A stretch of DNA of 64,000 nt from Minisyncoccota bacterium (GCA_017881075.1 JADGRH010000003.1:128682-192681), one strand, 5' to 3'. Shown: positions 27,283-37,610, counted from the first letter of the stretch. Notes: generated by a model not told the origin, from the letters alone. A program made the numbers and translations.

Positions 27283-28563
27283 ATGTTAGACATTAAATTC
27301 ATTCGGGGAAACAAGGATGTTGTCCAAGAGGGAGCTAAAAAAAAGCATATGCCATTCGATGTGGATGCATTGCTGGTTGTAGACGAAAAACGTTGTGCTC
27401 TTTTGGCTGAAATTGAGTCAAAAAAAACAGAACAAAATCAATTTAGTGAGAAGATTGTGAATGTCTCCAATCCTGCCGAAAAAATGAAACTGATCGATGA
27501 GATGAAAGTGGTCAAAGAAAATTTAAATAAAAAAGAAGAAGAATTCAAACTAGTAATTTCCGAATGGCAAAAGCTCATGATTCAAGTGCCGAATGTTCCA
27601 GACATATCTGTACCGGAAGGGAAAGACGAAACTGAGAATCAACAAATAAAAACTTGGGGGGAAATTCCAAAATTTGATTTTCAGCCAAAAAATCACATTG
27701 AAATAATGGAAGGGCTCGACATGATCGATCTGGAGCGAGGAGCTAAGGTGTCGGGCTTTCGGGGTTATTTCTTAAAAAATGAAGCAGTTATTCTAAACTT
27801 TGCCATTTGGCAATTTGTTTTTAATGAAATGATGCAGGCAGGAGATTTTATTCCTCTTCTCACTCCGTCCTTAGTAAAAAAAGAGACTTTGCTCGGCACG
27901 GGGTATCTACCTCAAGGAGAAGAAGATTTATACAAAACTCAAGACGGAACTTATTTAGTCGGCACCTCGGAGGTGCCGACTATGAGTTACCACAGCGATG
28001 AAATTATTCCAGCGGAGAAACTGCCGATTAAATTTTTAGCTTTCTCGCCTTGTTTCCGTCGAGAAGCGGGTAGCCACGGCAAAGACACCAAGGGGATCTT
28101 TCGGGTTCATGAGTTTTATAAATTTGAACAAGTCATTTTATGCGAGGCCAATCATGAGGAATCAGTTAAATATCATGAGGAGCTGACGAAGAATGCCGAA
28201 AAATTACTCCAGGTCCTTCAATTGCCATATCGAACTCTGCTTATTTGCGGAGGGGATCTTGGTCTGGGGCAGGTAAAGAAATATGATCTGGAGGCGTGGG
28301 TGCCGTCAGAGAACATCTATCGCGAAACTCACTCCGCTTCATATTTTCATGATTTTCAGACTCGTCGTTTGAATATTCGTTATCGAGATCAAGATGGAAA
28401 ACTAAAGTTTGCTCATTCTTTAAACAACACCGCCCTTGCTACTCCCCGAATCCTTGTTTCTATAATCGAAAACTATCAGCAAGTGGACGGCAGTATCAAA
28501 ATTCCCGAAGTATTACAAAAATATATGGGAGGTAAAAAAATTATCGGACCTAAGAAAGTTTGA
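27283..28563 (+). CDS. serS: serine--tRNA ligase
   Basis: N-terminal coiled-coil arm plus class II aaRS motifs (FRxE, GxGxGxxR-like). Confidence 0.9.
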   Translation: MLDIKFIRGNKDVVQEGAKKKHMPFDVDALLVVDEKRCALLAEIESKKTEQNQFSEKIVNVSNPAEKMKLIDEMKVVKENLNKKEEEFKLVISEWQKLMIQVPNVPDISVPEGKDETENQQIKTWGEIPKFDFQPKNHIEIMEGLDMIDLERGAKVSGFRGYFLKNEAVILNFAIWQFVFNEMMQAGDFIPLLTPSLVKKETLLGTGYLPQGEEDLYKTQDGTYLVGTSEVPTMSYHSDEIIPAEKLPIKFLAFSPCFRREAGSHGKDTKGIFRVHEFYKFEQVILCEANHEESVKYHEELTKNAEKLLQVLQLPYRTLLICGGDLGLGQVKKYDLEAWVPSENIYRETHSASYFHDFQTRRLNIRYRDQDGKLKFAHSLNNTALATPRILVSIIENYQQVDGSIKIPEVLQKYMGGKKIIGPKKV

Positions 28564-28564
28564 A

Positions 28565-29407
28565 ATGAAAAAACGTAAAGTGATCGAGCCATCGCAACTG
28601 GGTCGTCGGAGGCGGCGGCGCAGGAATTTGAGATTACTTTTGTGGATTCTTTTGATTCTTGTGGTTTTCGGGGGAATTGTGGCTATCAGTCATCTACCAC
28701 AATTCTCCATTGATAATGTTAAATTGGAGGGAAATACCTTTTCTTCCACTAATAATATTCTACATACTGCTGAAGATGACCTCTCTGGAGACTATTTTAA
28801 ACTTTTTTCTAAAAGTAATATTTTTATATTTCCAAAAAGAAAAATTGAAAGCGATATTCTTGCCCAATATCCGCCAATAAAAAGTATCTCCATTAAACGT
28901 TCTAGTCTAAAAGAAATCCAGATAACTGTTTTGGAGAGAAAACAGCAGTTTCTCTGGTGCCGCCTGGACCAATGTTATTTTATGGATTCTTCAGGCTTTA
29001 TCTTCAACGTCGCTCCCGCTTTCTCCACCGACCTTTATTTTACCTATTACGGATTAATTGAGTTAGAAAACCCTGTCGGTCAAAATTATTTAAGCTTGGA
29101 TAAATTTGATGGAGTGGTTCGCTTTGTCAATAATGTTAAGAAACTAGGAATCTCGACTGATTATGTAAAGGCTACCGACAATAATAATTTTGAGCTCCAC
29201 CTTCTTTCCGGAGGGAAAATACTTTTCAATACCAACCAGCCTTTGGATGAGACCATTTCCAATCTCCAAACTGTCACCGACAAAAATAATGCTTCAGGTA
29301 CCAGTGTTGATCTCTCTAAAATAGAGTATTTAGATCTACGCTTTGGTAACAAGGTCTTTTATAAGCTCACTGGTGCCACAGTTGCTACTAGCACCCAAAG
29401 TAATTAA
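28565..29407 (+). CDS. ftsQ: cell division protein FtsQ/DivIB-like (POTRA domain)
   Basis: Arg-rich cytoplasmic tail, a single TM helix, then a POTRA-like region beginning FSIDNVKLEGN. Confidence 0.6.
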   Translation: MKKRKVIEPSQLGRRRRRRRNLRLLLWILLILVVFGGIVAISHLPQFSIDNVKLEGNTFSSTNNILHTAEDDLSGDYFKLFSKSNIFIFPKRKIESDILAQYPPIKSISIKRSSLKEIQITVLERKQQFLWCRLDQCYFMDSSGFIFNVAPAFSTDLYFTYYGLIELENPVGQNYLSLDKFDGVVRFVNNVKKLGISTDYVKATDNNNFELHLLSGGKILFNTNQPLDETISNLQTVTDKNNASGTSVDLSKIEYLDLRFGNKVFYKLTGATVATSTQSN

Positions 29408-29420
29408 AGTATAAGGAATT

Positions 29421-30608
29421 ATGGCTAATTCAGGAAAAGTAATAAATCCCATCATATTGCCTCCGGAACCGAGGGGGAGATACAGGGAACTTGGCCCTCA
29501 TCCGGAGCGGTGGGTCAAACAAAAAGAAGTCCTCGCAAGAGGCGAACCCATTTTGGACGTGGAGGTAAAATTAACTCCGGTGCGGCCGCACCATTATGCA
29601 GTCGGTACGGCCGTCGCTATTCTCATCGGCCTTAGCGCCACATATGGAATCATTCAAGCGGGAACTCTGGCCTACAATCATTTTAAGTCGCCAGTCTATA
29701 ACGAAGTTGCCAGCAACTATTCTTTAACTGAAAGTCAGGGCTCCGATGATAGCAGTAATTTTCAACCTCTCTCTGGCTCTTACACTATTTCCAATTCAAC
29801 AAAATCTTTGGGGCTTAGCGCTCAGGAATATCTGGTAGGGGATCTTGCGACAAGTGATGTAATCTTGGAAAAAAATGGAACGACAAAATCACCGATGGCT
29901 TCAGTCACCAAATTAATGACTGTCACCATTGATCTTGAAACTATAAATCAGCGCGAATATGCCACCGTTACTCCGGCGGCTCTAAAATATTACGGAGCTC
30001 GCGGAGAATTGGTGCCGAATGAAATTATACGTATTAGCGATCTGATTTACCCGCTTCTGGTGGTCTCTAGTAATGCAGCCGCCGAAGTTTTTGCCGATCA
30101 TGTGGGCCGTAACACCTTTTTGAAAGAAATGAATGACAAAGCCACTTTAATAGGAATGAAAAATAGTCATTATGACGATGCTAGTGGCCTTTCACCTGAT
30201 AGTTATTCCACGGCCGAGGATCTATTTCGCCTGGCTAAATATATAAAAGAGCAACATCCAGAAATTTTTGATATCGGCCGAGTAAGAGAGTATTCAATTT
30301 TGGGTCACACATGGATCAATCAGAATCACCAGCTTGTTTACACTACTTTTGCTGGAGGCAAGAACGGCTTTACCGATCAGGCGGAGAAAACTACCGTATC
30401 CACTTTCAATCTTTCATTCAATCCGACAAACAAAAATGATAAGCGTACCATTGTCATAGTTTTATTAAAGACAAATGATCGGGAGGGGGATATTTCTAAG
30501 ATCTTGAAATATCTTTCTGCGAATGTGCATTACGATGCACAGTCTCTTGATGTGGGAACAGCTAATGCTCCGGGGCCAAAGGTGCAGAGTGGCAATCCGG
30601 ATAATTAG
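29421..30608 (+). CDS. D-alanyl-D-alanine carboxypeptidase (S11, PBP5/6-like)
   Basis: SxxK motif ASVTKLMT and SxN motif VSSNAAA; membrane anchor near the N-terminus. Confidence 0.7.
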   Translation: MANSGKVINPIILPPEPRGRYRELGPHPERWVKQKEVLARGEPILDVEVKLTPVRPHHYAVGTAVAILIGLSATYGIIQAGTLAYNHFKSPVYNEVASNYSLTESQGSDDSSNFQPLSGSYTISNSTKSLGLSAQEYLVGDLATSDVILEKNGTTKSPMASVTKLMTVTIDLETINQREYATVTPAALKYYGARGELVPNEIIRISDLIYPLLVVSSNAAAEVFADHVGRNTFLKEMNDKATLIGMKNSHYDDASGLSPDSYSTAEDLFRLAKYIKEQHPEIFDIGRVREYSILGHTWINQNHQLVYTTFAGGKNGFTDQAEKTTVSTFNLSFNPTNKNDKRTIVIVLLKTNDREGDISKILKYLSANVHYDAQSLDVGTANAPGPKVQSGNPDN

Positions 30609-30918
30609 ATTATCGAGGTAGCTCCCTCAACCCTTTCCTGTTTCTCGCCTTCGCGAACTCGTCAATTGATTTAACTTATGGTCTTCGAGCACCGCTTTGA
30701 CAGTCGCTCAGACATCGAAACACGAAGGGGTCTCGGGATCTACTTCTCTGATCCAATTAGAACTCGGAGTAGCCGCCCCACTACATAAAAACCATGCAAT
30801 ACCCAATAGTCCAGGCTGTTCCCGGAGAGCTCGTGAACGACACTTCTGGAGTCTTCGGAAGAATGTCGGGCAGGAGCGATACGGGCCACACCAGACTATT
30901 TAGAATATAATCAGTCAT

Positions 30919-31902
30919 ATGAATTTAGGATTTTGGGAAAAATTGAAGAAGCCGGTGATGGCGCTGGCACCGATGGCGGATGTGACGGATGCGGCTTTTC
31001 GACGGATTATTGCTAAATACGGCAAACCGAATGTAATGTTTACCGAATTTGTTTCGGCCGACGGCTTGATGCTGGCGGATGCCGTCGGTCGGAAGAAATT
31101 AATGCGTGATCTTTTATTTAGTGAAGAAGAAAGACCAATTGTTGCACAATTTTTTACCGGGAAACCGGAGATAATAAAGAAGACGGCAGAACTTGCGCGC
31201 GAGCTCGGTTTTGATGGAGTTGATATCAACATGGGTTGCCCAGACAGAAGCATTGAGAAACAGGGAGCGGGAGCAGCGATGATGAAAGATCCGAAGCTGG
31301 CCCGAGATATTATTCGAGCGACCAAGGAAGGTGCCGGCAATCTACCCGTCTCCATCAAAACCCGCATTGGCTACAACAAAAATGAAATTGAAACGTGGTT
31401 GCCGGCTTTGCTTGAAGCAGAGCCGGCCGTTATCATTCTTCATGCTCGCACTCGTAAAGAAATGTCAAAAGTGCCGGCCAATTGGGATATTATTAAACGC
31501 GCCGTTGAAATTCGCGACAGTGCAAATTCCAAAACTTTAATTTTAGGCAACGGAGATGTCACTGATCTCGCAGATGCTCATCAAAAAGCGACAGAGAGCG
31601 GTGCAGATGGTGTAATGCTGGGGCGAGCAATATTCGGAAACCCATGGCTTTTTCACCCCTCCTTAAACAAGGAGGGGTTGGGGGTGGTTTCAATTTCCAT
31701 TCAAGAAAAATTAAAAGTCCTCGTCGAGCATACTCATCTCTTTGAAGAACTGCTTGGTGATATCAAAAACTTCGCCATCATGAAAAAACACTACAAAGCC
31801 TATGTTCAGGGGTTTGATGGAGCAAAAGAGCTTCGGATCAAGCTTATGGGGGCTAAAGATGCTATAGAAGTAGATAATATAGTCTCCAAATTTACTACTT
31901 GA
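30919..31902 (+). CDS. dus: tRNA-dihydrouridine synthase
   Basis: LAPMADVTD and FDGVDINMGCP motifs of the Dus TIM barrel. Confidence 0.9.
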   Translation: MNLGFWEKLKKPVMALAPMADVTDAAFRRIIAKYGKPNVMFTEFVSADGLMLADAVGRKKLMRDLLFSEEERPIVAQFFTGKPEIIKKTAELARELGFDGVDINMGCPDRSIEKQGAGAAMMKDPKLARDIIRATKEGAGNLPVSIKTRIGYNKNEIETWLPALLEAEPAVIILHARTRKEMSKVPANWDIIKRAVEIRDSANSKTLILGNGDVTDLADAHQKATESGADGVMLGRAIFGNPWLFHPSLNKEGLGVVSISIQEKLKVLVEHTHLFEELLGDIKNFAIMKKHYKAYVQGFDGAKELRIKLMGAKDAIEVDNIVSKFTT

Positions 31903-32102
31903 CTAAAAATATAAGATATGCTACGATACTTATGAATACGCCGAGCTGGATCCTGACGTCGGATACTGGTAAAACGGCGCGCATAAATAATACCTAAAAT
32001 TGCGCCATGGAGTACCCATCAGTGTTTGGTTAGTGAATCAATTTTCCACACCCATAACCCATAACTGACACAATCGGGTGGTGTGGTTCGTTAAGTGTCG
32101 AA

Positions 32103-32142
32103 CCGGAAATGTCTTTTTAAGACATTTCCGGTTCTTGTTTTT
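32103..32142 (+). terminator. rho-independent terminator upstream of dnaX
   Basis: 12-bp perfect stem CCGGAAATGTCT / AGACATTTCCGG, loop TTTTA, then TTCTTGTTTTT. Confidence 0.8.
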
Positions 32143-32194
32143 ATGTGGCCGACTTAATTTTTAATTAAATCTGTTTTGTTGCTATACTTTCCGT

Positions 32195-33235
32195 ATGTCC
32201 AATGACCTCGCCCTCTATCGTAAATATCGGCCCCAAAGCTTCAAAGAAGTCATAGGGCAGGATGAGATCGTGAAAGTTTTGGAGGGCTCAATCAAACAGG
32301 GCAATATTGCGCACGCTTATTTATTTTCCGGCTCACGGGGAACTGGGAAGACCACCCTTGCTCGAATTCTAGCCAAAGCGATTGGTACTAGCTCTAACGA
32401 TCTTTACGAAATTGACGCCGCTTCTCGAAATAGTGTGGATGAGATTCGGGCATTGAACGAATCGGTCAACACCATGCCTTTCGATTCAAAATATAAAGTT
32501 TATATTTTGGACGAGGTTCACATGCTATCAAAAGCGGCCTTTAATGCATTTCTAAAAACTCTGGAAGAACCTCCGGCTCATGCCATTTTTATTCTAGCTA
32601 CCACCGAAGCGGAAAAACTTCCTACAACAGTTGTCTCTCGTACTCAACAATTCACTTTCAAAAAGCCAAGCCAGCAGGTATTAAAAAAGGTGGCCGACGA
32701 TACCGCCAAGAAAGAAGGCTATCAAATTGAATCAGGAGGGGCGGACCTCATTGCCTTGCTCGGCGACGGATCATTTCGAGACGCTCTTGGTATTTTGCAG
32801 AAAATAATCGGATCAACAAGCGATAAAAAAATCACCCTCTCTGAAATTGAAAAGATGACTGGCGCCCCGCGTTCGAGCCTAGTGAATAAATTGCTCACCT
32901 CTATCGCCGAAAAGAATTTAGAAGATGGCCTTGCGGTCATCCATTCCGCTGCCAGTCAAAACATTGACATGAAGATCTACATGAAACTAATTCTGGAAAA
33001 AATGCGCTTCACTCTTCTTCTTCGCTATCAAAAAGACATCAAAGCAGAGCTCGCCAGCGAGCTCTCCGCCGAAGATCTGAAACTCCTCGAGAAAATTGCC
33101 TCCGACGCCGACCATACCATTTCCTCGGCCACCCTCGTCGAAATGATCGATGCTTACGACCAAATCGGCCGCTCCTATATTCCCGAATTACCCTTAGAAC
33201 TTGCCTTAATTAAGCTCTTGGGTAAGAATGATTAG
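32195..33235 (+). CDS. dnaX: DNA polymerase III subunit gamma/tau (short form)
   Basis: AAA+ clamp-loader motifs GSRGTGKTT and DEVHML, plus a sensor SRT-like SRTQ; 346 aa. Confidence 0.9.
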   Translation: MSNDLALYRKYRPQSFKEVIGQDEIVKVLEGSIKQGNIAHAYLFSGSRGTGKTTLARILAKAIGTSSNDLYEIDAASRNSVDEIRALNESVNTMPFDSKYKVYILDEVHMLSKAAFNAFLKTLEEPPAHAIFILATTEAEKLPTTVVSRTQQFTFKKPSQQVLKKVADDTAKKEGYQIESGGADLIALLGDGSFRDALGILQKIIGSTSDKKITLSEIEKMTGAPRSSLVNKLLTSIAEKNLEDGLAVIHSAASQNIDMKIYMKLILEKMRFTLLLRYQKDIKAELASELSAEDLKLLEKIASDADHTISSATLVEMIDAYDQIGRSYIPELPLELALIKLLGKND

Positions 33236-33244
33236 GCCGAAAAA

Positions 33245-33315
33245 TTGCGGGATCGTCTAATGGTAGGACAACGGATTTTGGATCCGTTTATCTAGGTCCG
33301 AATCCTAGTCCCGCA
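33245..33315 (+). tRNA. tRNA-Gln (TTG), U1-A72
   Basis: Acceptor TGCGGGA / TCCCGCA; anticodon stem ACGGA/TCCGT with loop TTTTGGA; T-arm CTAGG / CCTAG. Confidence 0.75.
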
Positions 33316-33630
33316 GCACTTTGATTTGAATGTAATGAAAATCGAAGTCACTGAGGAGTTTACGACGAAGTGCCAGAATAATGAACTCTGCTTTGTCTAA
33401 GATTCAAATCTCAGTGTCTTCGAAAGAATGACGGGGTCAGGAGCCCTTTTATAAAAGTTTTGACAAAATAAAGTAAAGAAATATAATGTAGTCGTGGTAA
33501 GTTAGGGGCTAATAAAAACCGCAGAGATGCGGTTTTTATTTTTAATTTAACTTTCATTTGAATCTATTTCATCAGCTGTTGGTATATTTATGTTGATGTG
33601 AAATGGTAATTCACATCGTGCCAAGGAGAA

Positions 33631-33690
33631 ATAGGGACAGGTGCATTATTTTGGTGAAAAACGGAAAAATAATGCACCTGTCCCTATTTT
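33631..33690. repeat. perfect 23-bp inverted repeat hairpin
   Basis: AATAGGGACAGGTGCATTATTTT, 12-nt loop, AAAATAATGCACCTGTCCCTATT; lies between tRNA-Gln and the end of the minus-strand gene. Confidence 0.8.
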
Positions 33691-33706
33691 CTTACTTTAG
33701 ATAAAT

Positions 33707-33731
33707 AAAATACCACAAGACCCGGATGGTC
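33707..33731 (-). terminator. terminator hairpin after minus-strand hypothetical gene
   Basis: CCACAAGACC-CGGATG-GTCTTGTGG. Confidence 0.55.
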
Positions 33732-33754
33732 TTGTGGTGAACAGATCTCTGTAA

Positions 33755-34765
33755 TTAGCCTATGGCTGCGACAGTTTCTTGAAGTTCTGTCTCGGCGTCC
33801 TTGATCTTCCTTTTCGCCGCCTCCATTGCCTTCAGGGTGTTGTGGATCTTCTTTCTCACCTCTCGGATCAAAAGGAATTTTGCGACAGATGAGCCAACAT
33901 AACAAGCCTCCTGCAGATTTTCGACTGGTTTCGCCTTGTTTCCAAGAAGGAAATGATTTTGGATTTCCGCACGCATGGCGATCTCCGTTAGTTTCGCCAG
34001 GCAAGCATCGCTCAGATCAAGCATGTGCTTGTCGAGCAGATCGAGCCTGTCCAGAAAAACAAGGATATCCATCATCAGAAGCTTCCCGTTCTCTACATGA
34101 TTACGTATGCGGGCATTCTCTTTCTTCATCTCCTCTTTCCTCTCGCCCTCAAAATAGGAATCGGTTTCTGTCTCCTCCCATTCCCACATGTAGCACATCA
34201 GATCCAGAAGAAAGGCGATTGCCTGCTTCTCGTTGTTGGACGGTTTCTCCCATGATTTACTCAAATTATCGATCGAGGAATCCAGCGGATCAGCTCGGAA
34301 GAAGCGCAGGATAGTAGGGAAGAGCTTGTCACTGAAGACGTCCCTCCAATACATTGCTAGAAGCCATTTTTCTCGATTCTCGTCGCGAAAATTCGCCGCG
34401 AAGAAATTCAGACAAAGCATCTCGAATGCCTTTTTGGCCAGATCCTGCCTTAAGTCGGAGGATGATTTCTTTATTTCGCCGCCCCGGGCATTGTAGCCGA
34501 CCAGAAACATCTCCTGATTATCCATCGGGGAGTAGAGGCCATGCTTCCATCCCTCCGCCAGGCCGAAGTAGAAAAGAAGTTGGTCGATGTGGGTATATTC
34601 TGTTTCCTCAAGGCTATATCGGCCGAAGGAGATATTGAACCCCGTGTGAAGGAGGCCTAGCATCTCGTTGTATGTTCCTGCTGCGTGCCAGCGCTCGAGC
34701 CATTCGTTCCAGTTGCGAGGCGGACGAACGTCGCGTCCGATTAAGGGATGGTTATCAGTTTTCAT
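33755..34765 (-). CDS. hypothetical all-alpha protein with C-terminal Rx4-6H (HEPN-like) motif
   Basis: 336 aa; no recognised family; Trp-rich N-terminus; REVRKKIH near the C-terminus; GC higher than window baseline. Confidence 0.4.
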   Translation of the reverse strand: MKTDNHPLIGRDVRPPRNWNEWLERWHAAGTYNEMLGLLHTGFNISFGRYSLEETEYTHIDQLLFYFGLAEGWKHGLYSPMDNQEMFLVGYNARGGEIKKSSSDLRQDLAKKAFEMLCLNFFAANFRDENREKWLLAMYWRDVFSDKLFPTILRFFRADPLDSSIDNLSKSWEKPSNNEKQAIAFLLDLMCYMWEWEETETDSYFEGERKEEMKKENARIRNHVENGKLLMMDILVFLDRLDLLDKHMLDLSDACLAKLTEIAMRAEIQNHFLLGNKAKPVENLQEACYVGSSVAKFLLIREVRKKIHNTLKAMEAAKRKIKDAETELQETVAAIG

Positions 34766-34992
34766 GGTACTTTTTCTTTCTAGGTTATGCCCCGTGCTGT
34801 GACGGGACGGTGTTTTACTCTGGTATCGAATTTACATGTTTTTCTGCTTTTGTCAACACTCGTTGGTTCGTATCAGATTTTTCTCTAATGTTTTAAGCAA
34901 TAATTGTGGTCAGGCAGCATTATTATAAACAAGATATATTTTAAGCCACGGCACTAAGGCGCGTTCAAGTTGAAGTGTCTCAGCCAATTACA

Positions 34993-35502
34993 TCAATAAT
35001 GACGCATAAATAAAATGGTTGTGCAGATTATTATCACCAAGCCAAGCTGTAGAGAAAGACCAATCCATGGTTTTATCTCCAGACTTCTATTTTTTTGCAC
35101 CCACACATGAAATTTCTGCAAAGGTAAAAGTAGGGGGCTCCTGGTTTTCCAGTACACAAACTGCAGAGGATCTGGGAGAATTCCCGCTATAGCACCAAGT
35201 AATGTGATGCCTAAAGGTACGCTATGGAAGAAATAATAAAAGATTAATATAACCAGTGCCATTCCTATCAAAGTATCGCTTGCCATTCTCAAGCAATCTT
35301 TGAAAAAATATTTTCCAAAAGTCATATCTGTTTCCAAAGGACGCTTCTCATCTTTTATAATTGAAAGGATCTCATAATCCCAATGTGGCAGGGAATCAAT
35401 GGCCAAATGGCTCCCAAAACCGGCTAGAAATGCGGCAATGGGGTGTGTGGGAAAAAACTGGGCAAACGCTGCTCCGACAATTGCATGGGTGGCGAGAGTC
35501 AT
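34993..35502 (-). CDS. membrane-bound metal-dependent hydrolase (YdjM/DUF457-like)
   Basis: N-terminal HAIVGAAFA...HLAIDSLPH His motifs followed by TM helices. Confidence 0.45.
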   Translation of the reverse strand: MTLATHAIVGAAFAQFFPTHPIAAFLAGFGSHLAIDSLPHWDYEILSIIKDEKRPLETDMTFGKYFFKDCLRMASDTLIGMALVILIFYYFFHSVPLGITLLGAIAGILPDPLQFVYWKTRSPLLLPLQKFHVWVQKNRSLEIKPWIGLSLQLGLVIIICTTILFMRHY

Positions 35503-35618
35503 AGTGTGTGAATTTTACTACATTTTTGGGATAACTGCTGATCGATAAGACCTTGTTTACAATAAAATGGAAATTCAGGTATACTTTGGTATTAATTAGT
35601 AGCTAATATTTATTAAAT

Positions 35619-36224
35619 ATGAACAGACAAAATTATAAAAGAGGTTTGGGATCATTGCAGATTCTTGGGGTGGTAGTGGTGATAATTATTCTCGGTCTGG
35701 TAGTTTATTATGCCACCAATCATAGTAGTCCCTCCGGCGTGACAAATACAGATTCTTCAACTAGTACCAACGTATCGGTAAAGGGAACATCAAGTAGTGG
35801 TAGTATTCGTGATCTCTTGGCTCTAGGAAAAAATCTAATGTGCACTATTGATGAATCAAGTGCCACAAGCACTGTTACCGGCACCATGTATATTTCCGGT
35901 AATATGATGAGCGGCGAATTCACCTCAAGTTCCAAAGGATCATTGGGGATGATCTCACACATGATTCGAAATGGGGACACTGTTTACGCTTGGAGCGCCA
36001 GCCAGGGAGCCAAAATGACCTTCACTAATTTGACCGGTACTTCCGCTCAAAGTAAGAGCAGCGTCAATCTTGACCAGAAAGTTGGTTACAAATGTTCGGA
36101 CTGGTCAGTGGATAATAGTAAATTTGCCGTTCCAACAAATGTTAAATTTACTGATGTCAGCGCCATGATGAATAATCAAATTAATACTAAAGGAAACGCC
36201 GGCGCCCCCGTCTACGCTCAATAG
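35619..36224 (+). CDS. Ser/Thr-rich secreted/membrane-anchored hypothetical protein with pilin-like N-terminus
   Basis: KRGLGSLQILGVVVVIIILGLVV hydrophobic N-terminus then an S/T-rich region; 201 aa. Confidence 0.45.
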   Translation: MNRQNYKRGLGSLQILGVVVVIIILGLVVYYATNHSSPSGVTNTDSSTSTNVSVKGTSSSGSIRDLLALGKNLMCTIDESSATSTVTGTMYISGNMMSGEFTSSSKGSLGMISHMIRNGDTVYAWSASQGAKMTFTNLTGTSAQSKSSVNLDQKVGYKCSDWSVDNSKFAVPTNVKFTDVSAMMNNQINTKGNAGAPVYAQ

Positions 36225-36338
36225 AGAAAGATATAAGAGAAATCTAAGTGTAAGTATTCCAATCTGAACACGTCATAAGAGGTGTTATAATGCTAAGTAA
36301 TTGGGTTGATATTACTTAATATAATTAACATTAAAAAT

Positions 36339-36602
36339 ATGTCTAAAAGCAACAAGACGGTCCTTTGGGTAGTGATTATATTGGTGGTTCTTGGTCTAAT
36401 TTGGTGGGTTTCGGCAGCCAAACAAACTGTCGCTCCATCAACAGAGAATAGCGCCAACAATCGCAATAATTCAGGAATTACGACGATCTCTTCTTCCAGT
36501 ACTTCAAATAACGACCTTAATCAGGATATGACTAAAGTTGACGCACAGTTGAAGGGTTTGGATTCCGATTCGGCCAATGCCGACCAAAGCATCAGTCAGT
36601 AG
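36339..36602 (+). CDS. small membrane-anchored hypothetical protein
   Basis: Start chosen at MSKSNKTVLW inside ORF 36306..36602; one TM helix then a Ser/Asn-rich tail. Confidence 0.35.
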   Translation: MSKSNKTVLWVVIILVVLGLIWWVSAAKQTVAPSTENSANNRNNSGITTISSSSTSNNDLNQDMTKVDAQLKGLDSDSANADQSISQ

Positions 36603-36629
36603 CAGATTTATCCTTAATAATTACAACTT

Positions 36630-37580
36630 ATGATTAAATTCAAAACAGCGGCCATGGCGGCTTCCGTCATCGCTTTAGCGGTAGTTTTAACCGGAAACTA
36701 TGCTTTAGCTAACGATGGTGGCGGCAATGGCTTGAGAAGTCTATTCGATTTTTCTGCTCAAAGTCATTCATCCACCTCGGTTAATGGAGATGAACGTAAC
36801 AAGATTAATTTTGGTCAAGATTTCCAGATCCAAATGAAGGACAATGGACAAAAAGTCAGTGATAACAGCAACAAAAATGAAAATAAAGATCAAAACAATA
36901 TCAACGAAGAAAATAAAAGAATAAAAGGTGAAGATAAAGTCGATTTCAATTTTGGAATTAATAGCACCTCAACAATGGATCAAGTTAAAGCTCGTGCTGA
37001 CACTGCCATTGATAATCGTCTAAACGACCTCAACAGTTTAAAAGCTAAACTGAACGGCATGACTCGTCTTTCAGCTGACGCTAAAGTCAGTCTCAGCGCT
37101 TCCATTGACACAGAAGTCAGCAGATTAGGTTCTTTGAAAAATAAAATTGATGCCGATATTGATGCAAGCGTTCTGAAATCAGACGTCTCTTCTATTACCA
37201 GTGCTTACCGTATTTACCTCTTAGTTATTCCGCAAGTAAGAATGGCGTCTGTTGCCGACCGAATCAACACCATTGTTGATATGATGACTACCATCGGCAA
37301 TAAATTCGAAACTCGAATTAACACTGCCAGTGATAACAATCATGACGTCAGCGCTTTGCAGAACTACTTGAGTGACTATCGAACTAAGATAGCTGATGCC
37401 AAAGTCCAAGCACAGGCGGCTGTAGATCTTACCGCCTCTTTGACAGTAGATAATGGCGATCAAACTAAACTCGATGCCAATAAGCAGGCTCTGAAAGACG
37501 CCCAGGCCAAGATTCAGGTTGCCAGGGATGATCTCAAAGCCGCTAGGGAAGATGCTAAGAACCTCATTAAAGGCTTATAA
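36630..37580 (+). CDS. secreted coiled-coil hypothetical protein
   Basis: Signal peptide; Asn/Asp/Lys-rich region; heptad-like repeats; 316 aa. Confidence 0.45.
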   Translation: MIKFKTAAMAASVIALAVVLTGNYALANDGGGNGLRSLFDFSAQSHSSTSVNGDERNKINFGQDFQIQMKDNGQKVSDNSNKNENKDQNNINEENKRIKGEDKVDFNFGINSTSTMDQVKARADTAIDNRLNDLNSLKAKLNGMTRLSADAKVSLSASIDTEVSRLGSLKNKIDADIDASVLKSDVSSITSAYRIYLLVIPQVRMASVADRINTIVDMMTTIGNKFETRINTASDNNHDVSALQNYLSDYRTKIADAKVQAQAAVDLTASLTVDNGDQTKLDANKQALKDAQAKIQVARDDLKAAREDAKNLIKGL

Positions 37581-37610
37581 GATCTCTATATTAAATTAGG
37601 ATTTTAGGAT

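Noticed and set aside
33349-33420. Possible extra tRNA or tRNA-like RNA in the long hairpin downstream of tRNA-Gln (GATTCAAATC T-loop-like segment).
   Set aside because: No consistent cloverleaf: the T-stem pairs only with a mismatch, and no anticodon or D-arm could be placed.
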